The notes: generated by a model not told the origin, from the sequence alone. Shown: positions 47,726-60,045, numbered from the whole stretch's first letter. The stretch: DNA of 63,568 nt, filler included, from Octopus bimaculoides (GCF_001194135.2; 4 parts of 3 records of this genome joined end to end with filler, not necessarily neighbours in it); one strand, 5' to 3'. Numbers and translations are program-made.

Positions 47726-48597
47726 ACACACACACACACACACAGATAAATATCTATACAGATAGATAGATAGATATGTTAAAGACAATGTAAAGGCTAA
47801 CTACTTATATCCTCTACTAATGATCTCCCTTAGTTCTTTCTCTCTGAAGACGGAGTAGTCCACAGCAATTCTAGAAGCATCTCGAAGAAACGATTTGCGT
47901 ACCTTCTTACTCCTTTATTTATATGATACATTCTACTCTAATTCTATCCTAAAAACTCTACAATTATGCTTAAATTAGAAGTTCCATGCTCTAAATTAAT
48001 ACCAATTGTTTGCCTGTTCATTTTCTCTTTCAAGTATATATCTACCGCTCAATGATAAGCCACTCATTCATCGCTAGGCATCTACAACATCATCTTTTGT
48101 TTTTGTCGCTGTTCAAATCGGAGTTTTAAGTGGTAAGCCAACCTGAGCGCTTATCGTATATGCCTATTACATATTGTATATGCCTTATTGTATATGCTTA
48201 TTACATTATGTCATGAGACTCAATTTTAGCTGTGCTCTATATATACATGTGTGTGTGTTTGTGTGTGTGTGTCTGTCAGTCTGTGCTCGCGCGCGTTTGT
48301 GAGTATATGTTTGTATGCATGAATATAATTTCATCTCTTATGCAAGCTCCCCCTCTCTCTCTCCCACATACACGCATAGATATACACATACACGCAGTTG
48401 TGTTTCACATATGTAGAATATAGTATGTTGAAAAAGATCATTAAACTGAAATTATCCTTAGAATTAGTTGAAAAAAAATGGAGACATACCCAATGAAATG
48501 GAAAATAAAATAAAACAAAACAGTTCTATTTCTCTTCAAAGCAAACTCGTGAAAGCAAGGGACATGTTGCAGAGTCGATAGCCTGTGTGACAGGTTA

Positions 48598-48648
<51 letters not shown>

Positions 48649-49163
48649 TTATCTATCTATATANNNNNNNNNNNNNNNNNNNNNNNNNNNNNNNNNNNNN
48701 NNNNNNNNNNNNNNNNNNNNNNNNNNNNNNNNNNNNNNNNNNNNNNNNNNNNNNNNNNNNNNNNNNNNNNNNNNNNNNNNNNNNNNNNNNNNNNNNNNNN
48801 NNNNNNNNNNNNNNNNNNNNNNNNNNNNNNNNNNNNNNNNNNNNNNNNNNNNNNNNNNNNNNNNNNNNNNNNNNNNNNNNNNNNNNNNNNNNNNNNNNNN
48901 NNNNNNNNNNNNNNNNNNNNNNNNNNNNNNNNNNNNNNNNNNNNNNNNNNNNNNNNNNNNNNNNNNNNNNNNNNNNNNNNNNNNNNNNNNNNNNNNNNNN
49001 NNNNNNNNNNNNNNNNNNNNNNNNNNNNNNNNNNNNNNNNNNNNNNNNNNNNNNNNNNNNNNNNNNNNNNNNNNNNNNNNNNNNNNNNNNNNNNNNNNNN
49101 NNNGCGAGAGTAAAAAAACAGTCAATAGACTATGTATTATTCATTTAAAATTCATTTTAAATG

Positions 49164-49203
<40 letters not shown>

Positions 49204-49229
49204 GCACATACACAGTTGTATAATATGAA

Positions 49230-49729
49230 GGCGGCCATCTCAAGGATTTGCCAGTTGTTTGCAAATGTTCACCCAGTGGTCAATTGTCAGTTCAAAACGA
49301 GCTTCTCGACAGCATCTTTTCATCAGACCGAGCTTATAGAGGTGCCGATTGGTGGTGTTTTGGAAAGGACCAAGTTCTGCCGACAATATTCTAGTGCTTG
49401 TGCTTGGCAGTTATTCAAACATTTCTAACATGGCCTCATCTTTCACAGTAGAAATTTTCTCTGGCCTTTATTTGTTTTTGAGGCTGGTGTCATCTTCCTT
49501 GAAATGTCTGAACTAGATTTTGTGTTACACGTTCCCGGGCCTTCCATATCATTAATTTCTTTTGCCGCTACCTTTGCACACAGTCCTTTTCACACAATAG
49601 CGAAAATGGATCTAATTGTAATTTTTTCGTCACTCATTGTCAAAGTTGTAAATTAATGATATAACATGGAAAAGACAAGTTACAAAAAATCAGTGAAAAT
49701 CCGAAAAAATATTTTGACTAAACATGGTG
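49230..49729 (-). mobile_element. Mariner 5' half (TIR plus decayed HTH region)
   Basis: TA|CACCATGTTTAGTCAAAA terminus; ATG at 49637, MSDEKITIRSIF...KGL.AK.AAKEINDMEGPGT..., STRILSAELG...RHL.KLGL. Confidence 0.75.
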
Positions 49730-49753
49730 TACACACACATATATATGTATTAC

Positions 49754-50199
49754 ATGTAATATATGGTATAATTATAAACAGGGCATCTCTCTGAGAAAAA
49801 AAATGAATAACCTTAATCGATTTTCGAACCTTATTGGGTTCTCATCAGAGGTGTCCACACCATTCTGACAGCCTCCAAAGAAACAACTAGCCAAACTGTT
49901 TATATATTCAACAAATGCAGCAGCAATTCTATGGAGTCCCTAATTTGCATGCTGAAAGTGTTTAACACTCTATAAATACCAGCGGTTTGTCAACGGGGAT
50001 CTTAGTCCACACAGTATCAAGGTATGATATAATAAATATGTAACATATGGTATAATTGTAAACAGGGCAAATTATAGCCATTTCTCTATAGACTGAAAAA
50101 AATTATGAACAACCTTAATCGATTTTCAGATGTGTCTACACCATTTTGACAGTCTCCAGAGAAACAAGCAGACTGTTTATATTCTCAACAAATGCAGCA
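49754..50199 (-). mobile_element. Tandem ~300-nt repeat with hammerhead (candidate non-LTR retrozyme)
   Basis: 49754-49923 is repeated at 50038-50199; motif AACCTTAATCGATTTTC at 49809 and 50111 (302 nt apart); homolog at 59224-59600. Confidence 0.7.
49810..49852 (-). ncRNA. Minimal type-I hammerhead ribozyme, intact core
   Basis: Stem I ACCU/AGGU; CUGAUGA (49848-49842); stem II GAACC/GGUUC; GAAA; palindromic stem III AAUCGAUU; UUA cleavage after 49814. Confidence 0.8.
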
Positions 50200-50208
50200 A
50201 CGACGAGT

Positions 50209-50404
50209 AAGGCAGCAAGCTGGCAAAATCGTTATAGCATTTCTTCCGATTCATTGAGTTCTGCCTTCATATTCTGCTGAGGTCGATTTTGCCTTTCATC
50301 CTTTCGGGGTCGATAAAATTAGTTCCAGTTAAGCACTGGAGTCGATGTAATCTATTTAATCCACCCCTAACAAAAATTGCTGTCCTTGTGGCAAAATTTG
50401 AAGC
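50209..50404 (+). mobile_element. S2 SINE
   Basis: S2 modules in order. Confidence 0.85.
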
Positions 50405-50409
50405 GATAT

Positions 50410-50563
50410 ATACGACGAATTTCCATATAGTTTCCATCTAGCAAATTCACTTACATGACACGGGCGGATCTGAGCTTTAGTAGAAATCACTTACCGAAGG
50501 TGGCGTGCAGTGGAACTGAACCCCAAACCATGTGGTTGCAAAGTGATCTTAATCACACAGCCA
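50410..50563 (-). mobile_element. S1 SINE left half, degenerate
   Basis: Reverse complement of the S1 head (...GCAGTGGAACTGAACCCCAAACCATGTGG...CACACAGCC). Confidence 0.7.
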
Positions 50564-50949
50564 AGCTTGCAATATTTTTTCTTTCTACTTTTTATGTTTG
50601 ACAAAAGAGGCACCTGACTCTGTAACAATCAAGCCTGAGTTACCCTTGATACTTCTGCCGTTACTTAACAGAGCAAATTCTTCAGTCTGTTGATATTCTG
50701 ACAGTTTGTTTTCGATAACAGAATTTCTTAAAGAACTATGCTTCATTTTTTTTTTTTCATTAATAGAGCTTCGTATTCATATACAACTTGGGGAAGTGTT
50801 TATATTAATCTGTCTTCATCGATTTTAATATTTTCTGTTCTAGTTTCTTTATTATGCATCTAAGTTTCTTTATTATTTATCAATGTTAATTCTGGTTACT
50901 CTGTTGTGACATAAGTTTTTATTCTGCTTGTTGTTAAGTATGGTGTTGT

Positions 50950-51730
50950 AGGTCTTTTTTTCGTTGCTGTGTACTTGGTTGAATGTTTCAATGGAAGTTT
51001 CTATGGTCTGCAACATCTTTTGAGATTTTAGTTGTATTACCTTCTTGTTTTTGATTTACTGTAATGCCTTGTTTGTTTCTGCGTAGTGGCTTCTGTAATA
51101 AATTCATTGTGCTTGAGAGTTCATTTACTGTATCGTTTTTTCTGTTGTTGCTTTCGTTCTTTTGTGAGATATCATAAGTTTTATATACGATGGGTTCTGT
51201 TGTGTTGCTCTCATCGGTTTGTGGCAGTTCAGTAGTCTTTCTTCTTTTCTTTTCATATTTTCTAATTTGTGTTTCACCAAAAGAGATCATAGATAACTTC
51301 CAGAAATCCCTGGCTTGGCAATGTTGACTTGTCCTAGAACCTCTCAGCGTCCGAGAATTGTTGACTTGTAGAGTTATGACGTATATCTGTTGTCGCAAGT
51401 AGGTCAAGCCTATTGTAAAGATTGCTCCGCCACCTTTTGTCAGAAAAGGGCTACCTCCGATTGCTATGACTAAAAAGTTGCGTGTTTAACGTTAGAGATA
51501 TTTTTTCCGTCAAGGCTTCATCCTCCAATCGGATTTGAAATCAAATTTTGTTAAGAGGGCAGTGAAACTCCGAAGCATGACCCGAATGGATACACATACC
51601 ATCTGTGTGCGGTAGTAGGCAGCGGGAAACTTTTGGAAAAGACACTTAGCTCTGGTTAGGCAGAATAATCTGGTATCTGGGATTCCTTCATTTATTTTCA
51701 TTGGCGATCATCTTGTTGGGACATTATCAA
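50950..51730 (-). pseudogene. Possible LINE ORF1 (gag-like) relic
   Basis: Partly open, protein-like frames with a possible decayed CCHC knuckle near 51440; no unambiguous motif. Confidence 0.25.
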
Positions 51731-51924
51731 ATATGTATTTATTTGTCATTTCATTTGAATTCTTTATAAATTTCAACAACTTTTTCTATATGTCCCTGCA
51801 ATGATCCCTCATCCCGTCGCTTGTGTGAGAGTAACATCGAAAACAGTAACCCTTACAGTGTCAGAAAAAATGTTTTTTGTTTCCTTTGTGTAGCTCAGAA
51901 GTCTCTTTTCTTTTCTGGCTTTTT

Positions 51925-52070
51925 AAATTCTAGGTTCAAATCCTGCTAAAGTCAGCTTTGCCTTTCATCCTTTCGAGGTCAAAAAAATAAAGCAACAGTT
52001 AAGTACCGAGCTCGACACATTCGAATAACCCCCTACTCCCAAATTGCTGGAATTTTACCTAAATTAAAGA
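51925..52070 (+). mobile_element. S2 SINE, 5'-truncated
   Basis: GGTTCAAATCC...CTTTGCCTTTCATCCTTTCGAGGTC. Confidence 0.75.
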
Positions 52071-52097
52071 CAATTGTTATTGGTTTGAAATTTTGAC

Positions 52098-52296
52098 ACA
52101 AATTTTGGTACAACGCCAACAATTTTGCTGATGGAGGCAAGTTTATTACATGGATCCCAGTAATCAACTGGTACTTATTTTATCGACGTGAAACGGATGA
52201 AAGGCAAAGTCGACCTCGGAGGAATTTAATTCAGAATGGACGAAATGCCGCTAAGCATATTGCGGGTTGTGCTAGCAGTTCTGGCAACTCACTGCA
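52098..52296 (-). mobile_element. S2 SINE
   Basis: Reverse complement S2, tail-to-tail with 51925-52070. Confidence 0.8.
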
Positions 52297-52494
52297 TTAG
52301 AGAGAAAATTGTTATTAAAATGTTGAAAACAGAATCATTAGAGAGCCGCAAGAACTATTTGTGGTATTACTTCTGACAATATTCTCTAGGTTCGATATAA
52401 TAAATCACCAGTAGAGTACTGGTTCGAAATAATTGATTTTCCCTCACAAAATTGCTGGCCTTGTACCAAAAGTAGAAGGAATTATTATAGTATA

Positions 52495-52765
52495 GGCACG
52501 TGGCCTAGTGGTTAGGGTGTTGCACTCTTGATCTTGCGATCGTGGTTTCGATTACCTGATCGATGGTGCGTTGTGTTCTTGGGCAAGATGCTTCATTTCA
52601 TATTACTTCAGTCTACTCTGCAAATGGGTAAAGCTACAGACTGAAGGAAGAGTGGCGGCCTGCCTGCATAGTCAGCGGAGTGGCCTCAGTCGAAAGCTAC
52701 AATATTGGGACAAAGAACATTGTGGCTAGCGTTGTATGACAACATCCGATAGTCTAGAAATATCG
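52495..52765 (+). mobile_element. tRNA-derived SINE, family S4
   Basis: GGCACGTGGCCTAGTGGTTAGGGTGTTGCAC...GGTTTCGATT...GGTGCGTTGTGTTCTTGGGCAAGA; head shared with 58236. Confidence 0.75.
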
Positions 52766-52819
52766 CAATATATATATGTGTGTGTGTGTGTGAGTGTGTA
52801 CATATATTTGTGTATATAT

Positions 52820-52981
<162 letters not shown>

Positions 52982-53555
52982 CTTTCTCTCTCTACATATA
53001 TATGTATATGTGTGTGTGTGTCTGTGTGTCTGTGTATATATATAGAGAGACGTGTGTATATCTTACATACACACATATGTGTACACAAACATACCCACAT
53101 TCATTTTTATGTGTTGGTGTATGTCTGCACGCATATATGTTTGCCTGTATATGTGTGCATATTTGTTGCAGTGTGTGCGTGTGTGCGTACATTTATATAT
53201 GTTTTAACACTGTAATGGATAATTGGATATCCTGATGGTAACATATATTTTTTTCCTCATTGTCAGTCAATTATTTATAAAAAATGGAGAAAAAAACTTA
53301 GAGCACGTGAAAACTAGTGATGGTATCTACGTGCAAAAGAAAAGAAACAAGCAAAACAAGACAATCATGAAAAAACAAAAAGAAAGACAAACGAAAGGAA
53401 AGTGTTAATGAACTTCGTAATATTGGAGTAAGTTGGTATGGCACGGAAAGAACTTACATCTAGCGTGCCATGTACGGTTCTTCTTTCTGAGAGGAAAATC
53501 ATACGCACACACTCACACACGTACATCGTACATGTACGCATATACATGTGTATGC

Positions 53556-53586
<31 letters not shown>

Positions 53587-53685
53587 TGTACCCCAGCATT
53601 CAAGGCGGTACCCCCAGCATGACCGCGGTCTAATGACTGAAACAAGCAAAAATACACATATACGTATACACACATTTGTGTGCAT

Positions 53686-53724
<39 letters not shown>

Positions 53725-53838
53725 NNNNNNNNNNNNNNNNNNNNNNNNNNNNNNNNNNNNNNNNNNNNNNNNNNNNNNNNNNNNNNNNNNNNNNNNTATA
53801 CATATACACACACAAATACACACGTATATGTGTGTGCA

Positions 53839-53873
<35 letters not shown>

Positions 53874-53874
<1 letters not shown>

Positions 53875-53925
53875 GTGAGTGGTTTTGGTAGACGGAAACT
53901 GAAAGAAGCCCGTCGTATATATGTG

Positions 53926-53974
<49 letters not shown>

Positions 53975-54229
53975 GTGTGTGTGCGTGTGTGTGTATGTGT
54001 GTGTGTATGTGTGTGTATATGTTTGTGTATCTGTGTTTATCTCCCCAGCATCGCTTGACAATCGATGGTGGTGTGTTTACGTCTCCGTAATCTAGCGGTT
54101 CGGCAAACGAGACCGATATAATAAGTACTAAACTTACAAAGAATAAGTCCTGGGGTCGATTTGCTCGACTAAAGGTGGTGCTCCAGCATGGTCGCAGTCA
54201 AATGACTGAAACAAGAAAAAAGTAAAGAG
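53874..54229 (+). mobile_element. S1 SINE, 5'-truncated, with internal microsatellite
   Basis: Very similar to 671-969. Confidence 0.9.
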
Positions 54230-54769
54230 TATACAAACAAATCCCTTACTTCTATTAGGTCGTGTTGTAATAAGTTGTGTATAGAAGTAACGCTAATGGA
54301 AAATGAAGTCCTATAGATCTTGAAAAGAAAGATAGAAAGATAGAAAAAAAGACAGAAAGCCAGAAGGTAGAAGCAATAGAAAGAAAAGTAGAACGAACCC
54401 AGGTTGGCTGTATATGATGATTAGGTACATTATACCTCGTTGATAAAGGATAAACAAGGAGATGGGAAACAGCATTAAACTGTGTAAAAAAGGCACCGAG
54501 ACATGACACATTATGCATAAGACAGCACTCAAAAAAACAGAAAAGTAAACATTAAATGAACCATAAAGAGGAGGAGTTGCATGGTCACATCAGGAGTGGT
54601 GTTTGGCGAATTTCGGGAAGCATGGAATCTTTTAAGGATTTGGTGTCCTGACAGTTAACAAGCGACATGTTTCGACAATTCTGGATATAGAAAAATGTTT
54701 CCAAAACTCATAAGCTGTTGTTGCCTTTTAGTTTTTTTTATAAGCGTGTCTAAATATATTAGATGTATC

Positions 54770-55100
54770 CAATTCAAAATGGTGGCCAAAGTTGGAGTTG
54801 TTATTGGAAGGATTCTACCAAGTCAGCTAGTAGATATCGAAACATTAGTGCGGTGATACTCAATGCAATCAAGATATGATGACTGACGGTCTGGTTTCAA
54901 GTCTCTGAAGTTCTCTTAGTAGATCGTTACTCCGGACAAGACGGGGTTTCCATACTGGGGATGCAAATCTGTGTGGACTTAGCACAACCATATACTCTTA
55001 TTGACAAATATCTTACTGGATGATATTAGAAATGTAGTTCGTTCTCCGCATGTGATTGTGGAGAATAGTACTCAGATCTCATTCAAGGGCAAGCTAACGT
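54770..55100 (-). mobile_element. CR1-clade LINE post-RT fragment, decayed
   Basis: RDL..IL.N... followed by PHRFASPVWKP...DLLRELQR, the RPHLEFASPVW..P...LERVQR motif region. Confidence 0.55.
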
Positions 55101-55122
55101 TTGGTTCTACAAACACATGTCC

Positions 55123-55340
55123 GGTAAGTTCACCGTCATCAATTCACCGCAGGGAAAGTACTACGTTATCAATTCACCGTTTTTCCCCCCAATAAAATAT
55201 TTTTTAACTATTAATGGTGAGATACGATGGATATATTTTCTTGGTAAACTTCCCTTGAGTTGAACATTCCTCACGGGGAAATTTCTTCAGGGTGAATTGA
55301 TGGCGGTGAATTGATGAACTTTCCCTGTGGTGAACTTACC
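55123..55340. mobile_element. MITE with 12-bp TIR and subterminal repeats
   Basis: GGTAAGTTCACC (55123-55134) / GGTGAACTTACC (55329-55340); inward-facing copies of TCAATTCACC and CAGGGAAAG in both arms. Confidence 0.7.
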
Positions 55341-55677
55341 TGTAATCATACAAACAAGGTAAGTAGTACATAAAATATGTGGGTACAATGTGGGTACAAT
55401 AAATATTTTTACAGCAATAAACACGACGTTCAAATACTGTACTATTCAAGAGTTGTAGTCGATTGAATGGACTAAATTTTCTCCCAAGTTTCTGGTCTCG
55501 AGCCTAAGTGAGAAAAATTATTATTATGAACGAAATAACGCAATTCATCTCGGTCTCGCATGACGGCTAAACGCACATATTGAGGTGAGAAAGTCGGAGG
55601 GGTGATGGAGTGAATAGTAAGCTCTGCACGAGTACATATATGTGCGTGCTTGTGTATTCGTGTATGTGCATGCATAT

Positions 55678-55713
<36 letters not shown>

Positions 55714-57077
55714 CACACACACACACACACGTACATACACACACACACATACACATATACACACACTTTAAATTGAATTCTTTTCNNNNNNNNNNNNNNN
55801 NNNNNNNNNNNNNNNNNNNNNNNNNNNNNNNNNNNNNNNNNNNNNNNNNNNNNNNNNNNNNNNNNNNNNNNNNNNNNNNNNNNNNNNNNNNNNNNNNNNN
55901 NNNNNNNNNNNNNNNNNNNNNNNNNNNNNNNNNNNNNNNNNNNNNNNNNNNNNNNNNNNNNNNNNNNNNNNNNNGTGTGTGTGTGTGTGAGTGCGCGTGC
56001 GTGTGTAACTCTACTTAAAGTGATATTAAGTTGTATTTTCTTCGAGAATGCTTTATTCTTTCGAGTGGAGGATGAAATTGTCAGTCAAATATTTGGGGTG
56101 GGGGGGGCATTTATTTTATTTCATTGCCTTTAATTTTTTCTTTTTATGAATCTCCAATTATACTTATTGCTGGGTTTATCTTTAATTTGAGAAGCCAAAA
56201 AAAAAAAAGAAAAAAAGACGAAGTAAAAAAAAAAGGAAATATATGGTCACGTTGTTGTCGCTGTCGTGGCTTTTGTTGTTGTTGTTGTTGTTTAGTTATT
56301 TTGTGTGACTTTATTTATCTTCCATTCATTCATGTTCAAGACAAGTATATATTGAGTTGCCGATTTTCAGATCGACTTGTCAAGGTTCGTTGTTATATTC
56401 TTTCTTCTTATTTTCAATTTTTTATCCGAGTCCAACCACACAAGCAAGATAACTTAATCAAATATGCCGTTGTACCTGTTCACACCTATATTTATAAAAA
56501 GAAAAAATATCCATATTGAATGAGAAACAAACAAAAATGTATACACGTAAGGGTATGTGTGTGTGCATGTGTTTATGTGTGTGTGCATGTATGTGTATGT
56601 GCGTATGTACAGATAGATTTGGCAGGTATACATATAAACACACACTTACATCCGTGCGTGCATGACACTTATGTGTATGTGAGTGTATGAGGAGGTGTAT
56701 ATGTGCGCGCGCGCACCTGGGTGTGTATTTCGTGCATGTGTGCAACCTCTTAAATGATAAATGTGTAGAGATGCAACAAGAGTACGATTTCGTTCGGCCT
56801 ACGAGGTTTCTTCTACCTGGTCGCTCTCTGTGCAACAAATAGCAACTAAATCTCCTTTAAAATACTGCCTTTAAAATAAATGGAAGAACTCGAGGAATGT
56901 TATATCCAAGATGCATTGAGCCTGAAAATATAGATGGGATGATCAAGTCTGGAACGCCTTTGATTATAGATCTGTTCCCTCGGAGCTAACTTGCTACTAA
57001 ACAATAACACCAACAGTACTGTTTCTTACTTCTTCGTAACACTTATCCCTAATATATCGTTTTGTCCCTTCATCGCT

Positions 57078-57293
57078 AAGGCAGTGTGCTGGCAGAATCG
57101 TTAGCACGCCAGCTAAAAGCACTTAGCGGCCTTTTGTCAGTCGTTTCGTTCTGAGTTCAAATTCCGCTGAGGTCGACTTTACCTTTCTATCCCTTTCGGG
57201 GGTCAATAAAGTAAGAATCAGTTGAGCATTGGAGGTCAATATTATCGACTTCCCACCCCGGCCCCCCGACATTGCTGGCCAAAATTTGAAACG
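57078..57293 (+). mobile_element. S2 SINE
   Basis: Full S2 module order. Confidence 0.9.
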
Positions 57294-57404
57294 AATATTT
57301 TATCATTTTGGATTTCATATTTGTTGTGAATATACAGATGTATTAAAAAAAATTGTCTGTTGTTTCTTCCATGAATATTTGTGTAGTTATAATATAAATA
57401 TATA

Positions 57405-57788
57405 GGCGCAGGCGTGGTGGTGTAGCAAGAAACTTGCTTCCCAACTACATGGTTCCGGCTTCAGTTCTACTGCGTGGTACCTTGGGCAAGTGTCTTCTAC
57501 TATAGCCTCGGGCCGACCAATGTTGTCCGAGTGGATTTGGTAGAGAGAAACTGAAAGAAGCCCGTCGTATATGTGTGTGTGTGTGTGTTTGTCCCCCCAA
57601 CACCGCTTGACAACCGGTATAGGTGTGTCTACGTCCTCGTAAATTAGCGGTTCGGCAAAAGAGATCGATAGCAAAAGTACGACACTTTAAAAAGATAATA
57701 AGTACTGGGATCGATTCATTCGACTAAAAATTCTTCAAGGTGGTGTCCCAGCATGGCCGTAGTCAACTGAGACAAGTAAAACAAAAGA
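57405..57788 (+). mobile_element. S1 SINE, full length
   Basis: All S1 modules, short internal (TG)n. Confidence 0.9.
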
Positions 57789-58089
57789 TTTATCTGATAC
57801 GGCAAAATGACATTATTAGCAAAGGATAAAAAACAGACCATTAACGTCATCTCTGTCTAATTTGATCCAACTGGAAACTGAGCAAAATTTATTTAACAGA
57901 AAAAAAGTGTAAAAAGCGCAAACAAGCATACATCTAGGGTTTAATTATCTCTCTTAGATGAACTAAGGTTCTATTGCGAAGATTCATGCGTTTTTATTTG
58001 CTGTACAGGTATATATTTATGTATGTCTGTCTGTATTAGTATGCATTTGTATTCGTGTGCATGTGTGTGTATGTGCGTGTGTGTATCTA

Positions 58090-58130
<41 letters not shown>

Positions 58131-58235
58131 CAGTCAGAGAGAAAGAGAGAGAGAGAGAGAAAGAAAGAGAGACAAACAGAGAGAGAGAGAAAGAAAGAGA
58201 GACAAACAGAGAGAGAGAGAGAAAGAGAGAGAGAA

Positions 58236-58500
58236 GGCGCCTATCCTAGTGGCTAGGGTATTGCATTCGCGATCGCGGTGTCAGGGGTTCAATTATGGGA
58301 CTGGGTGGTGCGTTGTGTTCTTGAACAAAATACTTTATGTCCTGTTGCTCTGTGATGACTTCAGCATCTGAACTGTGACACACCATTCACTTGTACAAGC
58401 AATGTCGATTTGATGGAGGCGAGTGAGCTAATGTACAACACGAACATTTGATCACCATAAACGAAACATTTGTGAAGGTTGTTCGGTAAAAAATTGCAAG
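58236..58500 (+). mobile_element. S4-type SINE
   Basis: tRNA-like head plus GGTGCGTTGTGTTCTTGAACAAAA as at 52495; different 3' part. Confidence 0.7.
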
Positions 58501-58598
58501 ACAGTGTTTCTCGGACTCGAGAAACTACCGTATGTACTGTGTGTGCGTGCGTGTATGTGTGTGCGTGCGTGTATGTGTGTGTGTGAGGGGTGAATGCA

Positions 58599-59024
58599 GA
58601 GGGACCAATTCTGTAGGTTTTTACTCCACTCTAAACGCTTTACAACGTTTGTTTTTGAAAGTAGTGGTTTTCTGATTGCAGCCCTCCCTTGAAATCCAGC
58701 TTTGTGCAGCTCTCGGCGAACAGTTTTTGTGGAAACTGAGTTCTCGAGATGGTCATTAAGCTCTGTAGTAATTTTGGGAATTATACTTTTGTGATCCTTT
58801 CTAACAATTCGCGTAAGAGTCCGACGGTCCCTATCTGAAAGTTTTGGTTTTCTTCTGGAGGTTTGTTTTGACGAGGAGGTTTTTCCCTCTTTCTCAAAAG
58901 CTGTCGTTACTTTCGAAGCAGTACTCATTGATACACCAAACATTTCGGCTGTTTTCGTTACGCTAGCGCCTGCCATACGAGCACCAACAATTTGACCTCT
59001 TTGAAAGTCCGATAGATTTGTCAT
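58599..59024 (-). mobile_element. Tc1-like transposase N-terminal half (open frame, 3'-truncated)
   Basis: MTNLSDFQRGQIVGARMAGASVTKTAEMFGVS...KLSDRDRRTLTRIV...TTELN..L..SVSTKTVRRELHKAG..GRAAIRKPLLS...KRLEW; cut off by a microsatellite before the DDE domain. Confidence 0.9.
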
Positions 59025-59223
59025 TTTAATGAATTTTAATTGCCTTTTTCTGATGACATCTGAAAAGAAACAACAATTTTAGCAAAACATATTAAANNNN
59101 NNNNNNNNNNNNNNNNNNNNNNNNNNNNNNNNNNNNNNNNTTAATTAATTAANNNNNNNNNNNNNNNNNNNNNNNNNNNNNNNNNNNNNNNNNNNNTATA
59201 TATATATATATATATATATGTTT

Positions 59224-59600
59224 GAAACCCATTAAGTTTCGAAAACCGATGAAGCTTGTTCATCAGTTTTTCAATCAATGGAGAAATAGATAAATTTATT
59301 GTGTTTCTCTGCCAACTAAGTAGGGTTACATATATTATACCATGCCTTGATAGTGTGTGGACTGGCATCCCCGTTGACAAGCAACTGATAGTGAATAAAC
59401 TGCTAAACAATTATGCCATGCAAATTCTCTGGAGCGTGCAAATCGTCCGATTCTCTGTGGGTATTGGATTTGTTGTGTATATAAACAAATTGGCTACATA
59501 ATTCTCTTCGATTGATGAAGTGATGTAGACGCAATTGATTAAGGCTTTCATCAATTTATTTTTCAATTTCCGGCTTTTATTTGTACTGACTAAACCTTTC
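59224..59600 (+). mobile_element. Second, inverted, diverged locus of the 49754-50199 repeat family
   Basis: Reverse complement shares TTGTCAACGGGGAT...AGTCCACACA.TATCAAGG.ATG.TATAAT and TTTTCGAA.CTTA.TGGGTT; hammerhead truncated (stem II and GAAA only). Confidence 0.75.
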
Positions 59601-60045
59601 ACAATCAACCTCGATTTCTCCGCCTCTAGATCGGTATTTTGTCTATTTACACATCGGTAACGTCGTTACGTTGTTCCCTAGTAGTTTTTCTACCTCATTT
59701 ATTAATTAGTATACCAAACTTTTGGTTCCGCTTTGCTTCTACACAAAATAGAATCCCCTAATGATGTGGGTACCTGGTTGTGGAAAGGACCTTTCCAACA
59801 CCATTCCCTCCCAGCAGCCAATATAATAATGAGGTTACTTTCTAATTTTCTCGGGTGTCTTCTTATATCCCTACTCTTTCTACCCATATTTTCCCCACTT
59901 TCAGTTTTCTTTATACTCAGGACCTTACACGTATGTATGCTGTATGCATGTACGTGTGTGGTTTTGCGCACATAAATTTATATAACTTGGTTCATGTGTC
60001 CCTTTTCAGCTTATTTGTCCCAAGATTCCTTATTTGTCCCAAGAT

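Noticed and set aside
47844-47876. CTGAAGA-C-GGA/TCC hairpin
   Set aside because: GAAA absent after stem II; too degenerate to count.
11872-49168. Long ORFs containing X runs (e.g. 11872-12687, 42262-43293, 46521-47769)
   Set aside because: Length comes from N gaps that contain no stop codons.
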